DNA of 64,000 nucleotides. It comes from Octopus sinensis (taxonomy: Eukaryota). Below are positions 1 through 11,200 of the stretch, piece by piece. Each line of letters begins with the position of its first letter. Positions within the stretch are counted from its first letter, which is position 1. The notes under the pieces are model-generated. The model did not search any database. It saw only the letters and a list, made by a program, of their open reading frames with translations, and had not been told where the DNA came from. The DNA is taken from contig NW_021832853.1 in the NCBI RefSeq assembly GCF_006345805.1, positions 1 through 64,000 on the forward strand, given 5' to 3'. The position numbers and the translations under genes are program-made.

Positions 1-481
1 TGGTGTTTGCACTAAAAGATATCCAAGAGATTACAGATCACAAACTTTAATTGGAAATGATTCTTATCCACAATGTCGTCACTGAAACCCTCGAGATGGT
101 GGCTTCACAACTTCAATGCGTATTGAAAATAGCGAAATTGTTGTTGATAACCGTTATGTAGTTCTTTATAATGCTTGGTTGTTGCAGAAGTATGAGGTGC
201 ATATTAATCTTGAATGGTTTGTATCTATTAAGGCTGTGAAATATCTTACAAGTACATTTTCAAAGGTGATGACTATGCAACAGTTTTTTTACACAGACAA
301 GAAGATGGCGTGCGTTTTAATGTTGGCAACGAAAATCAAATGGATGAAATTTCGAATTACGAAAATTACCGCTATATTGGAGCGGCAGAGGCTTATTGGA
401 GATTATATGAGTTTCCAATTCAACAAAGGTAGCCTGCTGTTGAATGCTTGCCGTTACACTTGTCAGATAATTGTGTTCAAT

Positions 482-897
482 ATGGCGGCGAGCTGGCATC
501 AGCGTTAGCACGCCGGGCGAGATGCTTAGCGGTATTTCGTCTGTCGTTACGTTCTGAGTTCAAATTCCACCGAGGTCGACTTTGCCTTTCATCCTTTCGG
601 GGTCGATAAATTAAGTACCAGTTACGCACTGGGGTCGATGTAATCGACTTAATACCTATGTCTGTCCTTGTTTGTCCCCTCTGTGTTTAGCCCCTTGTGG
701 GTAATAAAGAAATAGGTATTTCGTCTGCCGCTACGTTCTGAGTTCAAATTCCGCTGAGGTCGACTTTGCCTTTCATCCTTTCGGGGTCGATTAGATAAGT
801 ACCAGTTACGCACTGGGGTCGACATAATCAACTTAATCCGTTTGTCTGTCCTTGTTTGTCCCCTCTGTGTTTAGCCCCTTGTGGGCAGTAAAGAAAT
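482..897 (+). mobile_element. tRNA-derived SINE with tandemly duplicated 3' part
   Basis: Head GGCGGCGAGCTGGCA, B-box-like GAGTTCAAATTCC, core GCCTTTCATCCTTTCGGGGTCGATA. Segment ~530-714 is repeated at ~715-897. 17-bp TSD agataattgtgttcaat (465-481) / agatgattgtgttcaat (898-914). Many decayed copies elsewhere in the window. Confidence 0.9.
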
Positions 898-1589
898 AGA
901 TGATTGTGTTCAATCCAAAACATGCACAAGAAGCTTTAGCAAAAAATAGATCGACCAAATTGACAGCATATTTCAAGGTGAATGAAAAAGATCCCCTTGC
1001 AAAAGATATTCTCTATTGTGACTTCCCACAACATTATACTTGGTGTAACAATAATAAAAGTTGGAGGAGAAGAGTTAGACAAAGTGACGATATTCCAGAA
1101 GCTATTGGTAGAGTGTACTCAGTACATCCATCGCAAGGGGAGCTATTTTATCTTAGACTATTACTTCAACATAAAGCGGGAGCGACAAGCTTTGAAAATT
1201 TAATCACAATCAACAGTGTTGTTTGCGAAAATTTTAAGCACGCATGTCAAATGATGAATCTATTAGAAAATGATCAAGAATGGGAACTTTGTCTAAATGA
1301 GGCAAGAACAATATGTTCAGCGAATGATTTACGAAATTTGTTTGTCGGTATTCTTCAGTTTTGCTCTCCATCCAGACCACTAGAATTATACATGTTTCGC
1401 GAAGATCTTTGCCGAGGTTACTCCCATCAAATGAGACAACACAATTTTTCTAATGAAGCAGCTTTGGATATTGCCCTGAATGATATGCTGTGTGAATCGG
1501 ATCATCGCATGGGTCAGCATAACCGTAGTACAATATTTTTTTGGATTGCCTGCTGCTATTCATGATCTCCGAATGAATAATGTTTGTTG

Positions 1590-2480
1590 TGTAGAATATA
1601 TGTTCAGCATCAAGTATTGAAATGGATGCGTGTATATTAGAAGAATTCTTACAAAGAAGGAGAATAAATTTAAGAACTATATATTTACTACATAAAAATA
1701 TTTTTTATTCATTGGTTGTTGATGAAATATAAACAAAATGTAGAATCTAGTTGAATGAAGTAATCTATGCAGGGAAGTTCAGAAATGTAGAAATAACAGC
1801 TAAGTGGTAGTTTTCAGTCATGTGATATAGAGAAATAGACAGGCATAGCAACGACGTGAATGGCTCAGAGTCTAGTCGACTAAGAAGCAAAGAGCAGGGC
1901 AAGCGGATCTTTTCGGTTTGAACGGCAGTTTTTTAAAATAATTTCCACGTAACTAAACACTTTTAAAATTCGTATACTGGTAGAATGTGTTTATAAAACA
2001 TCTTTTTTTTCTTGGCTTTATTGAGAAAATTCTATAGTTTGTAAGATATTTGTTTTTTTTCTTCAATTTCTGCAATTTCAACCAATCAATGATGTCTATT
2101 GATGTGAAAACATTCTGTGCCGTATGAATATGTCCCTCGTTTAAGAAACAGACTGGGTTTATTTACATTTCTGAAGAAAAAAAGATACCCTTAATCCTAA
2201 CCCTAAAACAGATTGAAATGCAATAGATCGATGATACTAGGGTCATCATTATGGGTGACAATTTCATATGACACCGCTAGAAAAACTGCCGTTCAAACCG
2301 AAAAGATCCGGGCATTATTAATGGAACGCTAGACATTCTAGAAACTTCCAAGAGAAACGCGAAGCTTCTTGAGTAGTTAAGAATTACTTATGAAGCAGAA
2401 TCTTCCGAGAAACTTATTGAAGGAGATTACTCTATAACACTGCTTGCAAGATAGATCATTCAACTATTTTAGCTACTACA
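1590..2480. mobile_element. Probable solo LTR inserted in the Helitron ORF
   Basis: TGTAG...CTACA termini, flanks tgttg/tgttc (4/5 TSD). Helitron coding similarity resumes immediately after. Confidence 0.55.
1905..2309. mobile_element. MITE with GGATCTTTTCGGTTTGAACGGCAG TIRs (Merlin-like)
   Basis: Perfect ~29-bp TIRs. Near-identical inverted copy at 56680-57039. Internal CCCTAA repeats. Confidence 0.85.
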
Positions 2481-4904
2481 TGTTCTACTTCATGAAGATG
2501 AGATGGATCCAAATGCAGAAGTATTTTTCAATGCTAACATCCATATGTTAAAGAATGACCAAAGAATCATTTTTGAAAATATTCAACAGTAAATTGATAG
2601 AAATGAAGGTGGTTTGATATTTATTGATGCACCCGGGGGTACTGGCAAAACTTTTCTTCTTAATATATTACTGTCTTATGTGCGCAAAAACAACCAACTA
2701 GCTATTGCGGCACCATCAAGCTAGGTCACACTGCTCATTCTCGATTCAAGCTCCCCATACTGGTAAACTGTAATTAAACATGCAAAATATCTTTTCTTGA
2801 TGTCACTGACCGTTTGCTTCACGATGCACGCTTGATTGTTTGGGATGGGGCACCCATGTATCATCGTTATCTATTTGAAGAGTATATGCATATTAAAGAT
2901 TTAAATGCATTAACCACCGGAAGACTCACAAAAGAGACAGATGTTCATTGAAACTGATTGATGATTATAAGGAAATAACTAAAGTTATGACGTAACTATA
3001 GATACCACCCTTTGTTTCAGAAAAAAATGGTATATTATTTTAATGAATTTTCCTGGGAAACATTTTGATGGTATAGATTAAGTTATATTGGAATTTGTTG
3101 TGAAAAATTTCTTCATGGTAAAAGAGAGGAGTTTTAGATAATTTGCACTACTTCAATTTGTTTCTTGATAACTTTCTGGAAAAAAGATTTCTTTTTTAAT
3201 AAAATTTTCTACAAATATGTTTTTGACAATGCAGATGTTTACAATTATGTCAGAATTTGATATGAAAACAGAAAAAAAACTGGGGTGGGGGTGAATAATT
3301 CCCACATCTCAACTTTGTTTCCTCATTCCGTTTTGATAAAGTGTGTGAATTATCTGCCTCCACATTACTTCCTCCTTCCACTTTTTTGCACATCAAATTC
3401 TGACATAGTCCTAATCCACACCTACTGAAACATATTAGTTCAAAATTTTATTAAAATGTACATTTTTCAGAAAGTTATGAAGAAATAGAGTCGGTAGGAG
3501 TATACATATATAATTATACCAACGTTATATATATTATTTGAATTGACTGTATATATGTGTGCATGCGTGTGTGTGTATGTGTGTGTGTGTGTGTGTGTAT
3601 ACATGGGTGTCTGTATTATATCATTTTTATCGATAATGCAGTGAATCTATCAGGATAAAATTCTTGCTTTAGGAAGGTACCAATAAGTCATGAGGAGTTG
3701 CCTCCCTTGTTTCAAGTGCTCAAATTGTGTTCACTAATATGCATAATAATTAAATTTGAATACAATTATACCCTTAATAATTTTTTTAGAAATTCAAGTA
3801 TAATTACAAACTTTTGTCAAGAAAGCAAGGAATTTAAATTAATTAAATATAAAATGCTGTGGGATAATGAGTCTGATTTTTTGGGGGTGTAAATTTGGAT
3901 AAGTTTGTATCCCGTGGGGAGAAGACGATTATGGGGTCTCCCGAACATCCTTCAACTCAGAACGAAAAAAAAATTCCTTAAAACAGAAGAAATGTTTCTT
4001 TCACAAATGAAAGAACCTAAAACCTTTTGATTCCTCTTCTTCAGCCACGTAAAATTGACATGAACTTTACTGAATAATTTTTCATGATAAAAACAATCCC
4101 CAGCTTCCTTAGATTCCGTTTTTCGCATACTAGATAAGATGAATAAGATAGAAATTGAATGTATAGAAAGCAATTCTGCTGATAAGATTTGAAACTAGCA
4201 GTATAACCGGCCTTGCCCGGGATTAAGTTACGATTATTAAGCTAATCAAGTTCTTATTTCAAAACAAACTAAGTTATATCGACGACAAATTTGGACAAAA
4301 TCTGTTGAAATTGGTTATATTATATATATCATATATATTATATATATTATATATTATACATATATAATATAATATAAATATATATGGGCATACATACACC
4401 TATTGCATGTTTTGTGCATGCATACACATTCATAAACAGAAACGAATGGAAAAATGTTAAAGTTGCAGATTAACACTCGCACGATTTTCACTAAGAAAAA
4501 AAATCGGGTTTTTTGCATGGAATCAACTTCTCTGGCACCCTAATATGCTACAAAACCCTTTGTGTGGTCCGTGAAACAGAGTGGGGTGGGGTGGAAGCCT
4601 CGGAAATTGTACTCATTTATATTGTGTAATTCACTGACAAATTGTTACTCACCTCTTTGTTTCTTTTTTGTTAAATAAATGGATTCTCAACAAAATAATT
4701 TTTACTCGGCATAAAATAAAAACAAAACTCTTTCGCACCCAAAGTAATGTGTGTGAGAGAGAGGGGGAGAAATATGAACGATTTAAAATAGATAAATGAT
4801 TTTAAATAAATATATTGTAATTGTTGTGTGAGAAAGTATATATACTATGATTATAAAATATAGTGTCTTTCAAAAACAAAAAACAAAAACTTTACATTTT
4901 ATTT

Positions 4905-5310
4905 TTTATGAACGTCGTCACTTACTTTCTCTCTCTCCCTCTCTCACTTGTCTTTCCCATGAAACTCTCTGCCCCTCTTCCACTTTTCTTTATCTTATTT
5001 CTTTTGTTAGACGCCATCAAAAATTAAGGCTGAAAATAGATTATCAACGTCATCACTTACTTTCTCTCTCTCTCCCTCTCTCACTTGTCTTTCCCGCGAA
5101 ACTCTCTGTCACCTTCTTCCACTTTTTTTTTGTTAGACGCCATCAAAAAGCAATGGCTGATATTTTTTATGAACGTCGTCACTTACTTTCTCTCTCTCTC
5201 CCTCTCTTGTTTTGTCTTTCCCGTGAAACTCTCTGCCTCCTTCTTCCACTTTTCTTTATTGTATTTTTATTTTGTTAGACGCCATCAAAAAGCAATGGCT
5301 GATATTTTTA
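4905..5310. repeat. Three tandem ~120-140 bp units inside the Helitron
   Basis: Unit aacgtcgtcacttactttctctctc...ttgttagacgccatcaaaaa occurs three times. Confidence 0.9.
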
Positions 5311-5493
5311 TGGCTAAAAGCTATGGTTGAAAATAGAATTTAATGCTATCCGCGGGTACCTCGGGAAAAAAATAAGTTGACAAAACCAGATAGGATGTTG
5401 ACGAATGTCCTCCTAAAATTTGAGCGACATGCGTGCTAATTTGTGGATGTGCATAAACTACAATCACGTACACACACACGCACACACATCTTG

Positions 5494-5496
<3 letters not shown>

Positions 5497-5580
<84 letters not shown>
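5497..5580. repeat. (TA)n microsatellite
   Basis: Direct inspection. Similar tracts at ~14531, 24393, 33012, 33112, 51048 and 63314. Confidence 0.95.
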
Positions 5581-5584
<4 letters not shown>

Positions 5585-6149
5585 TATATTTTTTAAATTC
5601 AAGGGAGATAATAAGAAGCTATCATGATGTCATCTGTGGTAAGGAATTTGTGTCAAGAAAATAAAATTTTCAAAATAATCTACATATAGGAAAAGCAATT
5701 CAATTATCATGTAAAAGTTGAAATGACATATTCAAAGAACATGGTACATCTGACAATGTTATGACACAATTTTTGAATTGTTTAAATAATTCAAATTTGC
5801 TATAAAGTAGTTTTTAGTATTCTTTTGGCAATCTGGAAGTTATTTTATGTGCACAAAATTACTTTCTTTAGTATTTTTTAAATTTGTAACATAGATAATG
5901 CAAAGAAAATTAGGCAGATTATTTATATGGAAAGACAATAGAATTTCTTATTATCTAAAATTTGTAGTTCATCGTAACTTTTATCATTCAGTGTTACAAG
6001 TTGCAATTAACATTTACTCTGGGGTATTAAAAAGAAACAAAGACAATTTAGCAACTATCATTCAGGGAGGTACAATAAAATAGCAAAGTTACAAACATAT
6101 TCAACAAAAGACCTAAACAACTCAGCAAATTCAAGAATAGAACGGCACC

Positions 6150-7135
6150 GTGCTAGCAACTATCAAATTGTAGATTGAACATCCAGACAAATCTGGAACC
6201 CTCTTTCTACTCAACTTTCAACTCAGGATCATTGAGGAAGGCTCCATATTTACCAACTTCTTCAGAAAAGCCACTAGCAGAAAACTTTTTGTCCACTACT
6301 AATCAGCCTTACCTACCAGAGACAAAGCTGCTTACATGACAAACCAGAGTGCGCATATAAACAACAATTGCAGTGAAGGGACTGACAAAGCCATCAACAC
6401 CAAACAGTTCTTCAGAGACCTAACCCTGAATGGTTACCCACCATTCTTTAGCAAAACAACAGCACCTAAAGAACATCAGGGTCAATAAACACTGGAAGAA
6501 CCATCGAATTCCCAAGTCTGGCACGTGCTTCGTAAAGTTACCACATTTTGATGACAGAACTACTGCAGTGGTACAAGACGCAGTCCGCAGAGAAGGACGC
6601 GACATACAGAGAGTGCACACCAGCCCTTCCCTGAGAAAAGCTCTGTCCAAGAACAACACCTCTCACTACTCTGAGGAGTGCTCCATCAATAACACTGATT
6701 CATATTCGAACTGCTCCATCAATGACACTGAATTGTGCCAGAGGACCCAATGTTGTATATGAGATCATCTGTGGCAAATGTGACGCATCCTACATAGGAA
6801 GCACAATAAGAAAACTGCATATACGCATAAAGGAACACATGCAGGGAGACACTTCTGTAAGGAAATATCTATGGAAATGCCAGACCCAGAAATTCACAGG
6901 GCACATCAGGGCAACAGAACAGAACAGAGGCAACCTTAGAATCTCTGAGGCCATCCTCGTACACCAAAGAAAACCAAATATCAACAACGGAAGAGAGTTA
7001 CAGGAAGCTAGCTGCTTGCTATAGCAACACCTTTCCGTGCATGTCCACTCCACACACGCACATGCTCACACACACGCACATTGGCAACATTCGTTAATTT
7101 CTTGAAAATGGGGTCATAACCGTGAAATATTAAAT
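6150..7135 (+). mobile_element. 5'-truncated, decayed Penelope-like retroelement (RT C-terminal region + GIY-YIG endonuclease)
   Basis: ORF 6722-7024 contains NVVYEIICGKCDASYIGSTIRKLHIRIKEH..LRISEAILV..KPNIN. Upstream TNFFRKATSRKLFVHY*SALP resembles the PLE thumb region. Decayed hammerhead at 7097-7135. Confidence 0.85.
7097..7135 (+). ncRNA. Decayed minimal type I hammerhead ribozyme motif
   Basis: attt-CTTGAAAA-t-GGGGT cata ACCGT-GAAA-tatt-aaat. Core degenerate relative to CUGANGA...GAAAC. Confidence 0.45.
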
Positions 7136-7641
7136 GCAAGGTAAGTACATTAATCATGTATTTGTTTTCTTGTGATTTACCTTGCATTTACTTTGCATTG
7201 TTCTGGCCTTACTCACAATCCTTTATGCAAATATTCTACACAATGCTTCATAGTAATTATTCCATATATATATTGCTCTTTGCCCTTTGACTAAGCCATT
7301 AAAAAAAAAGATCTTAAATATTCACAGAATAAAACACATTAAGATAGAGCTAAAGATTGCTTTCTGGTATATAAAAAAAAAGGAAAATAAATGTGCCAAA
7401 ATCCCATCACAAAGAGTCATTCATAAAATATATATTTTTTTTTAATTATAAATTCCATATTTTCCTGGAAAGTAGTATAACAAATGGAATTTCGTTTGGA
7501 ATTCTATGAATCTTTTGAATTGTCTCAATGTTTTCAGTAAACTTGTATCTACTGAGGAACACTGATGACAATAGTATCTGCAGCTGTATTCATGTAATGA
7601 TGGGTTGGAGAATCAGTTGTTTCCAGAACATCTTCTTCAAG

Positions 7642-7777
7642 TTAGTCAGCAGTAAATAATAGATTTTCTTTCATAGGTCTTGAAGTAGAATGATACTGGT
7701 CTGTAAGGATAGTCATTGTCTGTTGAGAATGTAACGAAATTGTCTCTGGATTGAAGCGTGTTCCCAATAACCGGACC
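7642..7777 (-). CDS. GDPD coding exon 13 (W)[25 protein letters not shown]
   Basis: tttgcag acceptor, phase 2, TAA at 7644-7642. Confidence 0.9.
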
Positions 7778-8257
7778 CTGCAAAGATTAAAGTTTTTAAG
7801 TAAGTGACCAATAAAGGAAAAAAAATCACTCGATAAACATTGCAATAATTTTCCATTACATGCGAAACTTTACATGTAATACATTGACTTACCATTGTAC
7901 TATAAGTATGGTGATGATGATGATAGCAGATATTATATCAACTGAAACCCATGTCATGAGATATGTTCCTGGAGTCTGGAAGATAACATAAAAGAAAATT
8001 AAATATTTGGACTGTTATTATTATTAGTATTACTCAGGCAATGAGCAAGCAAATATGTATGTTAGCATGTCAAACAAAATGTCTAGCAGCATCTCTTCCA
8101 GCTCTCTATGTTCCAAGTTCAAATTCTAATGAGGTTACCTTTGCTTTTCATCCTTCTGGGGGTCAATAAAATAAATACCAGTGAAGCACAGGTTGATGCA
8201 AACAACTAGCCCCTACCCCTAAAATTGCTGGACTTATGCCACAACATGAAAGGATTA

Positions 8258-8299
<42 letters not shown>

Positions 8300-11200
8300 G
8301 AAGGTGGCGAGCTGGCAGAATCGTTAGCACGCCAGGTGAAATGCTTATCAGTATTTTGTCTGCCACTGCATTCTGTATTCATATTCTACCAAGGTTGACT
8401 TTACCTTTCATCCTTTCAGAGTCCCTGAAATAAGTACCAATTACATACTGATGTCAATGTAATCAACTAGCCCCCACTTCCTCCAAAAATTTTCAAGGCC
8501 TTGTGCCTTAGTGTCAGGCAAATTTCTACTGTATCACCTGCTACACCTCCATGTATGTAGCATTGTGTGTTCTTTTTGGGGGGAGTGCAAACTCTTTCCA
8601 ATATTGTACTGCATTAGTTTGTTTTATTATGGGTCTAATTGCAGTCTTTCATTGTATTAGTGTTTGTATTGTGCATTTTGTGTATAGTACGAGTTGTGTT
8701 CCTTATATCAGTATTTCTTCTTCTCGATATTTCATGCTTGTTTTATTATCTCTGTGTTTCAGGTATAGATTTGCAGTGCAGAATGCATATAGTACTTCAA
8801 TGTAGTTGTCATTTGTCCACTATTTTCTTTTGGCTTTGCATTTTGCTTGGGCAGTGAAATTAAGAGTCTGTCTGTTTGATGTTAACTTTTTGGCAGAACA
8901 CCATCTATGGACATGTGCTAAAGCTTCTTTTGTATCATGATCACCTGAGACTCACAAATCGAAATTCACCTCTATTTGTCTTCATAGTTTTATTACTGAG
9001 CATTTCAGCCTTTTCTCTATTTAAAATAAAACATGTTGCATCCCATAGTTTTCAAAATGATTATTACTATTACTATTGTTCTTATTTCATTCTTGGATTT
9101 GGCTGTGTAAATAACAGAGTCAAGACTATTGAAAAGGTTGCAAGATGCAACGAAAATTTTAGGAAAATAAAAATAAGAAATATGGGGAAATTTTACCGGT
9201 GAGTGTTAAATTATAAGGCACAAAAAGAAAATTATTCTCCCCAGACACAACAGAATATTGTTCTTATTGTTTTCTAGTAGTTTTCTTTTTGCAGTGTGCT
9301 TTCTCTGCACTATTGAATGCAGCTGTGTGTCATGGTTACACATGGTGTTTTGCTTTGGTTTTATTATCTTTTACTGAATTAAAAGTGTTCTACATAATAT
9401 GTGTGTGGTGCATAGCATTGCAATCTTCTATATGTTACACATTATTATTATATGCCAGGGTCAACTTAGCCATTCATTCTTTCAGGATCAATAGGATAAG
9501 TACCAGCTGAACTCTGGGGTTAATATAATTGGTTTGCCTTTCTCTGAAACTCTTGAACTTCTTCCAAAATTTGAAATCATCATCATTATTATCATTATTA
9601 AGGCACTGAGTTGCCAGAATCATTAGTACACTGGACAAAATGCTTAGTGGCATCTCGTCTGCCTTTATGTTCTGAATTCAAATTCTGTTGACGGTGCCTT
9701 TCATCAATGAAACAGTGGGGTCAACGTAATCAACTAGTCCCTTCCCAAAAAAATTTCAAGTCTTGTTCTTGTAGTAGAAAGGATTATTATTATCATTTGT
9801 TGGTGTCAGTAGCAGTAGCAGTATGATCATCAAAGATCATCAAAGATGCTTATTTTTCTTCATTGAAAGAAATTAAATTACTGAAAATTTTAATGCATAT
9901 TAGAATGAGAAACAGATTCCTAAGAGATTTCAAACTAAATACAAAACATAAAATTAGACACAAAATTTCAGAAACTTCAAAAGAATTGGTTTAAACTTGC
10001 CAAATGCCATAATGGTTTTTCAATTTTATTGAGGACATGACATTCATCTGTTGTTACAGATTGTACACCCAGACACCAATACAGGGAAAACAGCCAGTAT
10101 GAATTAACCAAGTAGACATTAGTAGTAATGTTGGATTCACGATATTGTCTGAAAACAATAAAAATGAAAGTGAATAGTCACCAGTTAGAGAAGTCTAAAT
10201 ATGATTTAACTCTATAGATTTATACCATAGTATATAACACATTAGTGGGTCCTATAATTAACATTAATTGGCTAACAAAGGTAAATAGCCAAACTAAACT
10301 TTTGCAGGTGCAGACTTAGTAAGAAGTTTGCTTCCCAACCACATGGTTCCAGGTTCAGTCCCACTGTGTAGCACCTTGGACAAGTGTCTTCTATAGCCTT
10401 GGACTGACCAAAGCCTTGACAACTGGTATCGGTGTGTTTATGTCCATGTGACTTAGTTGTTTGACAAAGGGTCTAATAGAATAAGTTCCAGGCTTAAAAA
10501 AACCCAAAAAACTAAGAACTGGGATTGATTTGGTTGACTAAAATTCTTCAAGGTGGTGCCCCAGCATGACCACAGTCTAATGACTGAAACAAATAAAAGA
10601 TAAAAGATGAATCACTGAATTGAGATATCTTGCATTAACCCTTTTGGCAACAACCCACCAGAGACTACCATCAGTTCTATCATGTTTAACTCATTAGCGT
10701 TCAGTTTCAAATGTATTCAGATTTCAAATGTAATGCTCATTTATTCAGATTGTTTTCAATTAGTTGTGCATTATCTCATACCTTTGAAATTTTGATGATG
10801 TGATTGTTTATTGTTTGAATGACATTACAGGGTAGATGTGAGAGACTAGTATTGGCCAGTTTGAACATAAAACAGGTAGAATATTTGTGTCAAATATGGT
10901 TGGTTGAAATGTTAAAGAGTTAATGTGATCTAAATCTATACATTCCTTCAAATTGTTCTGTTAATTTATGTTCCACACACCAGCTTAATAATGATTAAAT
11001 TATTTTACTAAATTCTTCATTATTTCAAAATTAATTGAAAAAATGGCAGTGTATTTTGACAGAAATACGGTACCAAGTGAGTTAACCATTCCGTTGATAT
11101 ATCAGTTTAGATGATTAAATATCTTTACTAGAAATCTGTAGATAGGATAGACCCAAAAAGATGTGGGACGAAGTGGCAAGAAAGGATCTTCAGATGCTGG

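Larger units (their letters stand above)
1..2880 (+). mobile_element. Decayed Helitron Rep/Pif1-helicase coding remnant, interrupted by a SINE and a solo LTR
   Basis: Translations show VVDNRYVVLYNAWLLQKYEVHINLE..SIKAVKYL, TKLTAYFKVN..YCDFPQHYTW..IGRVYSVHPSQGELFYLRLLL, Walker A FIDAPGGTGKTFLL (~2620-2660) and LIVWDGAPM (~2832-2858). Frameshifts and stops present. Confidence 0.9.
4195..5584 (-). mobile_element. Non-autonomous Helitron
   Basis: Minus-strand 3' end CCCGGGCAAGGCCGG hairpin followed by CTAG|T. Probable 5' A|TC next to a (TA)n tract. Internal tandem subrepeats. Confidence 0.75.

Noticed and set aside
482-570. tRNA-like A/B boxes (also 55053-55125)
   Set aside because: These are SINE heads continuing into repeat bodies, with no convincing cloverleaf.
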